Shown here in pieces: positions 1-12,684 of a stretch of DNA of 64,000 nucleotides; position 1 is the stretch's first letter; each line of letters begins with the position of its first letter. Below the pieces are notes generated by a model. The model was not told where the DNA came from and did no database searches. It saw only the letters and a program-made list of their open reading frames with translations. Position numbers and translations under genes: made by a program. Source of the DNA: Curvularia clavata (taxonomy: Eukaryota); assembly GCA_023920165.1 (NCBI GenBank), contig CP089281.1, positions 1,860,001-1,924,000 on the forward strand. The letters are read 5' to 3'.

Positions 1-1528
1 GAAACGTACCTGATTTCCATTATAGAACGACTGTGGCTCTCTGGCTCTCTGATCCGCCAATGTGCGAACCCGAAAGCCTGTATTATCCTGCGCATCCTGC
101 TGAGATGCTCCACTCGGCCTAGAACCCATTGTGTGACCACCAGGACGTTGCGGTTGCTGCGACGACGTCGATGACGATGCAGACGAGCCGTAGCCTATAG
201 CAGAGCCAATGGTGCTACCCACAAACCCGACCGTAGAAGCCAACAGCCCAAAAGCACCACCTACAAGGCCCGTGGCAGCTCCCACAACTCCGCTATCAGC
301 CCCAGAATACGCCTCCGAGTATCCTTTTACGGGAACAAGGACTAGGGTAGCACTGGGAGCGAGATCAATATCGCCCAGCGCCTGAGATTCGTCACCAGCT
401 GACAGCTCGCGGCTTGGCTGTGGTGCGAGAATGTGGCGGAAGTAATAGGGCGGCAGCTGTTTATGGTTAATATTCTCGTCATCTTGTGACAGTTTGGCAA
501 ACTCCGAGTCCACCCATTTCCGCACTTGGTCTTGTAATGTGGCCTCCCGTGGAAAACTGGAGCGTATTGTTCGTCCATCGAATAACCGCACGTTCAGACT
601 AACAGTCTTTGATTGTGACCCTTTTGACGACGTTGCTGCCCGCAGCGGGGCTGATGTCTGACCCTCCTTGCTCCGTTCCCTCTCCCGCTCTGCCTTTCTT
701 GTTTCGGCCTCGGCCTTTCTTGCTGCCTTATCGGCCTCTATCCGTGCCTTGACACGGGCCAGTTCCTCCGCTTCCTCTTTCTTTTTCTTACGCAGTGCAT
801 CCCTCGCTTCTTGTTGTGCTTTGTTCATCGACGAGGACGAAGTGCTGGGTTTCGAAGCTGGCGCCGACGTCATCTTCTGCTTGCCTTTTGCATTCGCGGA
901 AAGAGTCGTCGCAGCTACTGGCGCAGCTGGGGTAGGCTCTGAGGGCTCATCAGGCCCGTATAAATCATCCTCCGCTGCCGCGTTGGTCTGGCTTTCGAGT
1001 GAGTCTAGTGTACTGGGTTGTGGTGGTGGTGTTGGCGTTGGCGATGCGCTGGAGCCTGGAATAGCGCTGGCCCCCAACGCTTGTCTGACCGAGTTGATAA
1101 ACTCATTCTTGGTAACATGGCTCTTCAGCTGGACTTGGAGTTGCCCGTTTTGTATCACGACAAAGGTGGGAATCTGAGAGAGGTCGGAGAAGGCGGCGAG
1201 GAATCCAGCTTCGGTAGAACCAGCTTCAAGTCGCAGGACTACGGCCTTTTGAGCGAGGAGGCTAGACAGCTGTGCGATAAGTTAGCACATGTGATACAAA
1301 TGATCCAATGGAAGATCCAGACATGCAGCTTACCCATCCGCTCTTCAACCAATCCTCCTCCCACTCCTTGCTCGTGGCGCTGTCGTCTGTACAGATGGGT
1401 TAATACACTTATTCTCCACATTCCGAGTGGACAGGGTAGCCTCAAGTACCTCGCACAAAGCAGGCGACCAGCTTCTGTTCCTGGATTGCCAGCGCAATAC
1501 CGCTCTGTAAACTGCCTTCATGGAACAT
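1..1528 (-). CDS. UBX-domain protein (Ubx7/UBXN4-like p97/Cdc48 cofactor), 3' end runs off the window
   Basis: Spliced minus-strand reading MFHEGSLQSGIALAIQEQKLVACFVR..KAVVLRLEAGSTEAGFLAAF.., a charged coiled region, then a UBX domain (NVRLFDGRTIRSSF..DIDLAPSATLVL). GT-AG introns near 1449-1387 and 1333-1262. Not in the ORF track. Confidence 0.8.
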
Positions 1529-2090
1529 GTTTGCGACGTGAGTATCGGGTGGAGTGGCGGGTGTCGCGGGGAAAGCTTGGGGACGCGCTGAGCAAGGATG
1601 TATGCCTGGCCTCAAATGCGGCCGTTACCGAGGCCAGATCGGTCGCTTTGACTCTCTCTCCAACCCCACATGCTTAGGCGCGCTCAGTTCATTCATCATA
1701 GATTCGCAAAAGCAAAAGTGATGCAATAAACAATTCTACTGGAAATGCTAAACCGGGTTCCCATGTATCCTCCACGCCCAAGAAGAGTAATGCAGCAGAA
1801 AAAGCCAATGCTGGACTCCTGATATTCAACTGCAGCGTATTAAAAGATGCTACAAAGCAAATGCTATTCGTGTAAATGGACGCATATGCCGGCATTTCGG
1901 GCGCCTCCTTGTTCGTCAGTGACGTGTTCCAGAGTCACGTCCCCCTAACCCTCCGTGTTGGTATCCAGATGTTATCACTCCCATACGTTAATTCCACAAG
2001 TTGTAGAAACGATCTACGTGCATATTCAATCTTTTGGTCCTTCCGCAATCACGCCAAAACCGGTCTCGTCTCGACGCCCAATTCAGTCTC

Positions 2091-2965
<875 letters not shown>

Positions 2966-3810
2966 GGTGGATGAGTCGAAGTCGAAAGATGAAGCGGTCG
3001 CAGGTGCAGATGCAGAAGCAGCGTCGTCTGATTAAAGTTGGAACACGACCCTGCTCGGCGAGGATGGGGCGGCTTCGGGAGAGCAAGAAGCGAAGGGCGG
3101 AGGTGCGAGACCCTGGAGACGATGGGGTCAGGTGGTGTGCTGGACTGGGAGGGAGAGAGAAGGACGCACCGTTGGGACAGGTCGATAACTTGCGGGTAGC
3201 TTCTGGTTCTGGCGGAAGCTATCTGCAGCGTAGGGGGGCGTTTTATCGCTTGGCGGCGGCGGCGGCGGGTCAAGAAGCGAGCAAGCTCCAGGCTGGACTG
3301 GGTTGGGGGGGAATGCAAATGCAGCAGGCTTTGGGGCTGGTAGGCTGCACGAGTCGAAGCAGCGCGGGCCACGGACGCAGACGGGGAGACTGGCGGGCGG
3401 GGTCCGAGTCGTGGAATGGCGGCAGTTGGAGCAGGCTGAGGATGGGGATAGTCGTCTTGGTAGCGGCGGCGAGGGCGAGGGCGAGGTGGGACAGAGAAGA
3501 GAGGAGAGGAGCAATATGGCGACGCAGACAGGCAGCGGGACTGTGGGCGGTATATTTGGCAAAAGACAGCAGGCGCGTCTACCGTCTTGAAACCGATTTG
3601 CGACACGCTGCTCACGACGCTTCTACCGCGTCCGATAGGCAGGGCGACGGCGCGGGCGCACGGCTCGACTGCACTGTCCCAGCCCCTGTGGATTGGATGC
3701 CGTCCCATTGCTCCATGCAGTGGGCATGCACTGTGCCTGGGGCTACGGTAGCACAATACTAGCACTGCACCAGCTTGGCCTTTTTTGGCCTTTGTTGTTG
3801 TCCTCGTCTT

Positions 3811-3837
3811 GCTGCTGCTGCTGCTGCTTCTGCTGCT
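3811..3837. repeat. (GCT)n microsatellite
   Basis: gctgctgctgctgctgcttctgctgct in the region between Rac and CMS1. Confidence 0.7.
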
Positions 3838-4478
3838 CCTGTTTACTATGCTGCTCCCAGATACAAAATCACGTGCATTGCGCCATTCCTACTACCTCCC
3901 CCTCCCACACACTCCTTCATAACACTGCTATACTGCTACTATCCTACACTCCTACACACTCCCACATATTCTCCCTCGTCCACCCAAAAGACCACAGAAA
4001 AGAAACCCACTCACATCTCACGTCATGTGTCTGCCATCGGCTGCCTCTTCTGGCACCCCGCGCATGGGGGCATGCACTTGTCAACCATAATCGCCCTCGC
4101 TCCGCCCTGTGATTCGTCGCCTACTGCATATTTGTGCTGGCCGTGCTGCCTCTTGATTAGCCGTCGAACCTAAACAACGTGCGAACATCACATTAGCACG
4201 TCCATTCGCACGCGGAACCCCGGCCTCGACTCGTAACCTTGCACGTGTGGCGCCCGAGGCCTGGTTTTAGCCAGCGTCTCGAGATGTCCCATCGCAGTTA
4301 CATTGACCTGTCCGTCCCACCGTTTCCGATCCCCGCCAACAATACGCTTGCCACGCCCACGGGAAAAAAAAAGTCCTCTCTCTGCGCCTCATGGTAATCG
4401 TGCATGCAAAGCTGATCACGCTACACGCGTTCAGTATTCATTGGGTATCTCGCTGTCAATATCGAATTACGCTCCTCA

Positions 4479-5417
4479 TCAGTAGAAAAGAAACAGCCCA
4501 TCCCCTCCTTGCTTGTCTTCTCCCACCAGCTCCTTCCGCAGCAACAGCTTCATCAGCGCCTCGTGCAGCTCCTTCATGTCGAGGATTCCGCGCTTCTTTT
4601 GGTCAATGTAGGAAACATCAATCACCACCCGCTTCAGGTTTGCCGTTGAAAGTGCCCCATCCTCGAGCAACGCCACCAGTCGATCAGGCGTTCCCACGCC
4701 GTAGTCGATCCTGTCCACAAAGTTAGCCCACGTAGCCTAGTCACTCTGACAACCACCTACTTATTCTTCTTCAAGTGCGCTACCTGGTCCGGAAGCTTGA
4801 GATGCTTGGCGAACAGCTTGGCGACATTGGGCTTCTGTACGCCCTGTTTCGGTAACCCATCCTTCAACGACCGGCATACATCGGCAGCTCGAATGCCAGA
4901 CAAAGTCACCACAATCGTGTGCGGTGCTCCCGGCGGTTTCGAAGGCGTCGGTTCAAGCGTGCCTGCCTGCTTCTTGAGAAAAGCCGATAGCTTATCTGTA
5001 GTCCGTGGTTCGCTCCAGCTCGTGCTGTCCTGTACGGTGCGCGCTGCATCTTGTCAACGTTGCTCTCAAAAAAACATCTGCATGCGCACACCTACCAGAG
5101 ATGAACTTGTCCTCCAGCTCCACACTGCTCAGATCTTTCCCATACAGTCGCGTTCGCGCGTTGACGTAGTCTGCCACCAGCTGTCCATCCATGCGCTCAA
5201 AAGCGTGGTTCACGCCCAACTGCTGGTCCAAATCGTCTTTGTCAATCGCCTTCTGCCTCTGCTTCTTCTTTTCCTTGCGCTTTGCTTTCTTGGCCGCCTT
5301 CTTGCTGTCCTTGCTTGCCTCAGGTTCGCCCTCCCGTTTCCTCTTTTTGGAAGGCGCGTCAATGTCAAACTGCGCCTCAATGAGGGGCACGCCCCCTTCC
5401 TGTTCAGAATCTGACAT
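4479..5417 (-). CDS. CMS1: Cms1-like U3/90S pre-ribosome protein
   Basis: Lys-rich N-terminus, then GAPHTIVVTLSGIRAADVCRSL..VAKLFAKHLKL..GVGTPDRLVALLEDGALS..RVVIDVSYIDQKKRGILDM, typical of Cms1; two introns. Confidence 0.88.
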
Positions 5418-5489
5418 GGCGGAGACAGTGTTTTGTGTGAAGAGCGCAACCGCCAGTTCGTGCAACAGAAAAAGTTACAGCGAGGGTTA

Positions 5490-5573
5490 AGGTTATCGAT
5501 AACCTAATCCAATACCGGACTAGCGCTGCTGCACGCCGCGAGGTCGCGCCCAAGCGACGCGTTTCCCTGACGT
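5490..5573. promoter_or_regulatory. Bidirectional CMS1/CENP-T promoter elements: 16-bp palindrome AGGTTATCGATAACCT, MCB-like ACGCGT (5557-5562) and TGACGT
   Basis: Motifs read directly in the ~210-bp divergent intergenic region; function inferred. Confidence 0.45.
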
Positions 5574-5626
5574 CTACCCACACCCTCCCACGCTCCCACG
5601 ACGCACCCGCGGATGCTGCAACCACA

Positions 5627-7381
5627 ATGGCCGACTCTGCGCGCAAGAAGCAGCGTCCCTCGCCCGTGGCACAGGACCAGGGTACGCCGATCAACAATGC
5701 CATGTTGCAGCCCATGACACCGTTCCGCCGCGCCATCAGTGCAGGCCCCACCCCAGGAAGGACTCCAGTCGTGCGAACACCAGGAACCGGACGAACGCCT
5801 CGAGGTGGACCAGCAACTCGCCCTTTGACCTCGCGACGAATAGCGCCCACCACTCCCCATGCCATACGGGCGCTGAGAGAACGAGCCAATGCCGCCAGAA
5901 CTCCGGGCAACAACCGGAGACGAAGTGGCCGCATTCAGCGAGAAACTCCGCGCGACCTTCTGCGTGACCTGAGCAGAGGTAATCCTCCTGGCATGTCTGT
6001 AGCCATAGGTTGAGCTAAAGCATAATACAGCGCTTGCCCGCACCAGCCGCCCAGTCGAGCCTTCCCCGCAAGTCTTGCCCCGACGCCCACGACATTCGGC
6101 TCTCGACCTCCCAGATGTTGAAGATGGCCCACCTGTGGCTGCCCCGCGGCTTTCTATGCCACTTGAGAACATGTACGACGACGACGATGACGACAGTTTT
6201 CATAGCGCCCCGCCAAGGCAGTCGTTACTACCGGACTTGCCTGACGATGTGGACGGAGGGACAGTACAGTCCCTGGAATTCGGAAGACGAGCCATTAGTG
6301 AAGACCCGAGGTCGATGTATGGACGGCGGCAAAGCGAAAGATTCGCAGATCTGAGTGAACTGGGTGCAGTAGAGGAAGAGTTCGAGATTGACGGAACGTT
6401 TATCAACAGACGCACAGATGGGCTGCTCGACGATGCCTTAGAAGATGCCATGGAAGGAGATGATACAACCATACAGGTGCTTACTGGCGGAAGGAATGGG
6501 CGGACTAGCGATGTCAACCTTGGCGTATTCGGCGACGGAGATGACGATACAGAAGAACCCACTTTCCGCTTCATGATCCCTGATCGCATACGTGCCCCAC
6601 CTCGATTTGACCCACCAGGCGAACAACCGATCCAGGAGGATGACATTCCCGACAGCGAGCCCGTGGAGTTCCCAGATGACACAGAGCTGCCAGACGAGGA
6701 TGACCACGAACCAACTGCACTGTTGGAGGGCGACGATCCCACTCAAGATGGAGGTGATCTAGCATGGGAGTCAGACCCTCCTGTTGATGACGATGCTGAG
6801 CTCGCAGCCTATCGTGAGGAAGAATCGGCAATCGACCGAAGTCTGCAGACACAGTCACCTGAGCGACCAGCTGCAGAACAAGCAAAGGGCGGCAAGAAGT
6901 ACATGGTTTCGGAGCATGGCATCGACTTTCCTTCGTTCCCTGCCGCTCCAGTCAAGAAGCTTGCCCTCAGTTTTATGAAGTCACAGGGAGGCAAAGGCCA
7001 TCTCAGCAAAGAAACTCTCGATGCGCTTGTCCACACAACAAACGACTTTTTCGAGCAAATCAGCATTGACCTAGCCGCCTATGCGCAGCACGGTGGACGA
7101 AAGATGATCGAGGAGAGCGACGTCATCGCACTTATGAAGAGGTATTTTACATCTGGTCTACTGTACAGTTTTGTACAAGCTTGCTGGGCTACGTTGCTGA
7201 CTTTTTAAGGACTCGCAAGACGAACGACAACACTACGTCCTTTTCGCTTGCACAAAAGATGCTCCCTCGGGAACTACTACAGCAACTACGCATGGAGCCT
7301 CCGATCAAGCTCAGAGGCGAAAAGCGCAAACGGCTGCGTCCTATACAAGAGGATGACGATGAAGATGAAGATAATGCCTGA
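5627..7381 (+). CDS. Centromere protein CENP-T (Cnp20/Cnn1-like), C-terminal histone fold
   Basis: TP-rich basic N-terminus, long acidic linker, histone fold (LSKETLDALV..FFEQISIDLAAYAQHGGRKMIEESDVIALMKR..SLAQKMLPRELL). Introns 5979-6030 and ~7142-7209 join three track ORFs in frame. Confidence 0.88.
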
Positions 7382-7414
7382 GCCTGTCTGGCCAAGCCCT
7401 ACGACCAGTCCACG

Positions 7415-8507
7415 CTATGTCGTACTCTGCGTTGAGTGCCTGACATGGGCTTCTTGACGACCATCCAGAACATGACAGAGGTTGCAAGACTTAATGCGTA
7501 CCTGTCTCATGTCAGCATTAGTACAGAAGATGGAGGCGAACACGTACCAGGTGAAAATGTACTGTGTATGATTGTTGCGCAGATTCACAGTCGGCGCCCT
7601 ACCAATCGGTATACCCTTGGGTTCGCGCTCGTAGTTTGTGAGCAAATCCGGCGCTGTGAAAATAATTAGATACCCCAATTGCATCGTTTTGAATCGCCTG
7701 TCAAAAGGCACACTTACTCATCGTCTCTTCCACCCACACTGGCTGACTCCCGCTGTACTCTGCCATTTCCTCCACGTTGGGGAAAAACCACTTGCCCTTC
7801 TCCGGCTCATTCTTTGGTGTAAACATGTTTCCCTTGGGCGGCACTCGTAGCAGACCCTCAATAGTCACCTCTCCCTCTGGCAGGGCTCCGTTCTTCTTGC
7901 GGAACCACTGCGGACTGGCCTCCTTCTTAATCCAGCCCCTACACGCCAGTATCTTGTGCACATTTCCCCTCGCATCCTTGCGCTCCAACGGCGTAACAAC
8001 CGTATACCCCTCTTCTCCATCCAACAAACGCGGCCCAATCAGCATTTCCTGGTCATGTCGCAACACGCCCGTCGCATACACCTTCCTATAATCAAAATCC
8101 TTGATCGCATCCGGGTCAATCCTCAGCGGCAGCTCGAGTGGCGGAAACGTCAGTCGATCTTCAAACCGCGCAATCAAATCTGTTTTCCAGCCTAGTCTTT
8201 GCACCTGCCAGCATCCGAGCAGAAAGGCGGTTACGGGTATGATGGCGAGGATAATGAGGCCGGGGCCGTGTTGTTTGCCCACTCGCGCCATTTTCGCCGG
8301 CCGGTCAAGGATAGACACGAAGTTTGGATCGAGGCCCGGGCCGCCGCCTACATTGCGTCTCTGGCCGAAGATGAGGAAGCGAGTGCGCAGACATTGCGGG
8401 CGTGTGTGCGATTGTGTGGGTATATTGTGGGGGGTTCGTAGGAAGGACGTCGTTTTTTGCGAGTAGTACCGCCGGAAGAGGTTCAGGAAGGGATTGGGTT
8501 TCGCCAT
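7415..8507 (-). CDS. SHY1: SURF1/Shy1 cytochrome c oxidase assembly factor
   Basis: Mitochondrial-type presequence, LGCWQVQRLGWK, RGWI, and a C-terminal LRNNHTQYIFTW segment; two introns near the 3' end. Confidence 0.95.
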
Positions 8508-8704
8508 TGTGGTGCTGGCGACAACGGGGGGTTGTCGGTGGAGGAGGGGAAAGTCGAGGTCGCGAAAGTTGAGATGCAATTGATGGACGTAAGGGCGCTC
8601 AATGCGGCTTGGTCCCCGCTAATACCCATGTTCAACAACCGCTGGAACCACGATTGCCTAGACGTCGCACTGTTCCGACACCACGACTTTGAACCGCAGG
8701 AATC

Positions 8705-9538
8705 ATGGCGGATGTTCAGGAAGTGCCGGTGACTCGGGCAGATGATGTTGCAGTGAAGCGAGATAAAGACGATTTGCTGGAGCATTTGGATGAGTTGCTG
8801 GAGCGGTACTTGATCACCTTGCACGAGTACCAGCAACAAATGCAGCGGCTGTCCAAGCAGCTGTCTAGTGTAATTTGCCCATATATACCCTGTTCTACGA
8901 GAGACTGATGAAATACAGGGCTATATGTCGCTTGCTCAGGCAAATTTCCACAATTCATCTGCTATTCGCTATGGGCAGGACTGCTATGATGAACGGATGC
9001 AGGCTATACGCAAGGTGTAAGTCTTCCAAAGCTTGATTGATCGGTTTCATATATTGCATTGAAAATGCTTCCTGTGCATGAGCTGACTACTAGATATAGT
9101 CGCATTTCCGAGCAGGACAATCAGCCAACTGATTGTCCAAACTTTTCCATCTACAAGCCATGCTCCTCTAATGGGACTGCGAATTCTTCAGGAAAAGATG
9201 CTCTGAACCAAGATGCAACAAAGACGGGGGATTCAAATCCTGTATCCACAGCCACTAAATCCACAGGAGAAAGCGAGGAAGAATCAAAAAGTACTCCAGA
9301 AAAAGACCATGCCAATCCAGCATCAGAAGAAAGCAAAGAAAAAACCAAGACCGTGCAGAAATCCACTGATCCGCTCAAGTGGTTCGGCATCCTCGTCCCC
9401 CCTTCTCTTCGGGCAGCACAGTCTACGTTCGTAGACGCAGTCGAGGGGCCGATTCCCCAGCTAGCCACGATAGCCCGAGAAATGAGAATGCAGGAGATTG
9501 AGATTGGAAGAGTGAGGAAACAGATTAAAAAGATGTAG
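8705..9538 (+). CDS. Vma22/CCDC115-like V-ATPase assembly factor
   Basis: N-terminal LDELLERYL..EYQ helix, GYMSLAQANF..YGQDCYDERMQA, and C-terminal DPLKWFGILVPPSLRAAQSTF; two introns. Confidence 0.85.
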
Positions 9539-9753
9539 GACTTGGATGAGTTTTGAGTCAATTACAAAGCTCCTTGTCCGGTATCAATATTCAATCAACT
9601 GTCGTCTCCAATAAGACGGACGAATCATACTATCATTTTAACCCCCTGTGCTTTTCTTTACTAGACACAGCCCCATCTCCCTCCTCAACCCGTAAACATA
9701 GAATATTTAGAAAACGCCAACCCAATGCACTCTCCCCGCTGTTCTTTCCCCGC

Positions 9754-10313
9754 CTAAACCTCCTTCATCAGCTCCTCCAACTCATCATCATCATCCCAGC
9801 CGCCTCCCCTCCTATTCACCACAATCTTCTGCTCCTCCTTCTCCTGCGCCTCAGCCACAGCCCCTAGAATCTCTTTCAGCTGCTCCTCCGTCACCTTTTG
9901 GCGTAATTGGCCTGTTCGTGCCAGCATAATAAGGCGGTTTTCAACATCTGTGGCGCGCGATTCTTTGACGAGACGGATGCGGCCGAGGCGGTCGGCGGCT
10001 TCCGGGAGGAGGATCTGGGAGAGTATAGAGGAGCGTTGGTCGGCTGGGGGAAAAAAGGGTTAGTGGGTTGTTAAGTTACGGCGGGTGGTGTCGCATGTGG
10101 GATGGATGGGTGGACAAGCGTACCTTCTTGTTGTCTATGAAAAAGCAAAGTTAGTAAATAATTCAGTCTTTGGGGGAACAGTGCTCAGAGTAGATGGTAG
10201 ACTTACTTTCGCGAATCTTGCTCCGAGCCTTCGCCCTGGCCTCTGCCCCCACCTTGCTGCTGTAGCTGCTGAAGGCGCGCGCGCCGGATTTGCTCCAGGT
10301 CCTCGTCTGACAT
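9754..10313 (-). CDS. PDCD5-like double-stranded DNA-binding protein
   Basis: Spliced MSDEDLEQIRRARLQQL..SILSQILLPEAADRLGRIRLVKESRATDVENRLIMLARTGQLRQKVTEEQLKEIL; includes an 11-nt micro-exon at 10124-10134. Not in the ORF track. Confidence 0.9.
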
Positions 10314-10785
10314 TGTGAGTCGCTTGGGTGTGGATTTATCGAGTGGGCCTTGGGCGGGTAGAGAAAGGGAAAGTCGGTGGTGGGCGTAAACAAATGCAGG
10401 CTATGTTGTGGCGCGCAGAAAGTGTGGTTGATGCGGGGAAGTTCGGGGGTCCGAAGCTCGACTCGAATACGGAGGGCGGTTATACCACCGACGGTAAAAA
10501 TGGAATGTGATTGTCGAGCATAGGGCTCATAAGTATGGAATTGTATCAATACAGATTTTGGAACTCAATCGGGGGGAGATTCGCATGCTACATGTGTAGG
10601 GCATGTGATGGAAGCTGGCGCATGACGTGCTTTACTTCTTCAGTATTTTCACATCTCTTCGTCACATCTAAGTCGTATAAAATACAGAAATTCATCACAT
10701 GCCTCATAACACTGCGAGCTGATCATGATACTCCAAAATTTGATTTGACCTCATTCATCCATACCCCATCATTTAGCAATGCCAT

Positions 10786-12684
10786 CTATGAGACCTCAAA
10801 GCCCTTAATACCCCCCTCGGCATGGTACTCGCGAATAATGCGATCATACATGGCAGTCCCACCTCCATGGAGCACTCTTCGCATTGCCTGCCGCTTGTGC
10901 TCAGGACTGCTGGACGCAACGCGCAAAGTAGCACCCTCATGGTTAAAGTAACCCGGGGTGCAGGCTAGGACAACAGAATACCACGCCGCTCGACTCTCTA
11001 CCTCGTCCGTCCATGCATCCTCTGCTTGTTTACTGGGCTCTATTACAAGCTGCTTAGGATTCGAAGCACGCCTCACTGCCTCCTTCAACACATTGGCGAT
11101 ATGTTTGGACTCGAGGTCAAACACGACAGTGAGATTTGGCGAGCCAGGTCCGCCAACGAGACCAGGGAAGAACAAGTTCGGAAACCCGTTTGTAGCGATG
11201 GAATGAAATGTGCCAAAATCATCAGCACCAAACTTGTCTTTGAGACGGCGGCCATTACGACCAAAAATCGGTATATCGAAACGCTCGCCGGGCGCTCCGG
11301 TTGGCCCAGCTGCCAGTATGAAACCGGTGGCAAGAATCAACACGTCCAACTCGTACTCGACCCCATTGACAACGAGACCCCGCGATGTACACCGCTCCAC
11401 GCCCTTGCCATCTGTATCCACGAGCGTGACATTCGGTTGGTTGAAGGCGGGCAGGTATTCGTCCTGGAAGGTTGGCCGCTTGCACCACATAGGATACCAC
11501 GGCTGTAGCCGCTCTGCTGTGGCTGGGTCCTTCACCACAATTTCCCGCACTCTTGCTCGCGCTTTCTCTGCTCGGGGCACGTCCAGCTTGTATAAAGCAC
11601 GAGCATGTTCCTCTACGTCGTTGGGTGTGACGTGGCGTGGACCTCCAATGAAGCCCGCAAAGCCTTGTGCCATGTGCGTCCAGCCGTCGGCAACAAGATC
11701 GGGATGGTCCGCTGAATGCTCCTCGCCGTCGAAGAAAGTATCGAAATTTAGCTGGCGAGCAAGTTGCCAGCCGGGTCCTGTTGCCACTTCGCGCTTCCAT
11801 GTTTCATCATCCGTGGGTTTCTGGCGGCGCGGACCGCAGTATGAGGGTGTGCGTTGGAAGACATGCAAATGGCCAGCCCAGCGTGCCACTGCTGGTACTA
11901 CCTGAACTGCAGTTGCCCCTGTGCCCATGACACCTACACGCTTTCCCTTGAGCTTTGAAAGCGTAGGGTCCGTTGGTGAGCCGCCAGTGCATTCATAGTT
12001 CCAACGCGCTGTGTGGAAGACTGGAATATTCGTGTTGAGCTCATCGAAGCCGTCAAGTTTCGGCATTCTGGGTGCTGTCAAGATGGTCCCGGTTGGAATC
12101 AGAAACTGTGTGAAGACAGTCATTTCCTCGCCGCTACGCTCTTTGCACATACGAACAACCCAGCGTCGCCGCTCTTCGTCCCATGTTGCGCTGAGCACGC
12201 GAGTAGCGAACTGGCCGCGTAGTCCAAAGTGTGATGCAACGCGCTTGCAGTGCTGGCGAATCTCTTCTCCCGTTGCATATTTCTGTGTCGGTTTGTAGCC
12301 CGTTTCTTCAAGGAAGGGCATATAAATGTAACTCTCTACATCGCATTGAAGACCTGGATATCGATTCCAGTACCATGTTCCACCAAAGCCGCCTGCCACG
12401 TCGACCAAGCACATGTTTTCTGCTGAGAAGCCCGCCTCTACCAACCGCCCTCCTGTCAGTAGGCCTGCATGGCCTGCACCTATGATAAGAACTTCGATGT
12501 CATCGTTGTCCTTGAGTAGGCATGACTCATGTTGCTGCTCCTGGCTAATCCATGGATCATCTGCGAGCGCTTTGTCTTTCTCACTGAGCAGACGAGTGTA
12601 CTGCTGCATGCCATCTTGCCGCAACCGCTTGTCGCGTTCCTGGGCATATCGAGCTTCGAGTTTGGCGGGATCGGGGAAAGTCAT
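10786..12684 (-). CDS. FAD/NADPH-dependent Baeyer-Villiger-type monooxygenase
   Basis: 632-aa intronless ORF with IIGAGHAG, GGTWYWNRYPG, a BVMO fingerprint variant FHTARW, a second Rossmann motif GTGATAVQ, and ATGF. Confidence 0.93.
   Translation of the reverse strand: MTFPDPAKLEARYAQERDKRLRQDGMQQYTRLLSEKDKALADDPWISQEQQHESCLLKDNDDIEVLIIGAGHAGLLTGGRLVEAGFSAENMCLVDVAGGFGGTWYWNRYPGLQCDVESYIYMPFLEETGYKPTQKYATGEEIRQHCKRVASHFGLRGQFATRVLSATWDEERRRWVVRMCKERSGEEMTVFTQFLIPTGTILTAPRMPKLDGFDELNTNIPVFHTARWNYECTGGSPTDPTLSKLKGKRVGVMGTGATAVQVVPAVARWAGHLHVFQRTPSYCGPRRQKPTDDETWKREVATGPGWQLARQLNFDTFFDGEEHSADHPDLVADGWTHMAQGFAGFIGGPRHVTPNDVEEHARALYKLDVPRAEKARARVREIVVKDPATAERLQPWYPMWCKRPTFQDEYLPAFNQPNVTLVDTDGKGVERCTSRGLVVNGVEYELDVLILATGFILAAGPTGAPGERFDIPIFGRNGRRLKDKFGADDFGTFHSIATNGFPNLFFPGLVGGPGSPNLTVVFDLESKHIANVLKEAVRRASNPKQLVIEPSKQAEDAWTDEVESRAAWYSVVLACTPGYFNHEGATLRVASSSPEHKRQAMRRVLHGGGTAMYDRIIREYHAEGGIKGFEVS

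Noticed and set aside
668..1677. Plus-strand ORFs of 169 and 219 aa
   Set aside because: Antisense shadows of the spliced UBX gene.
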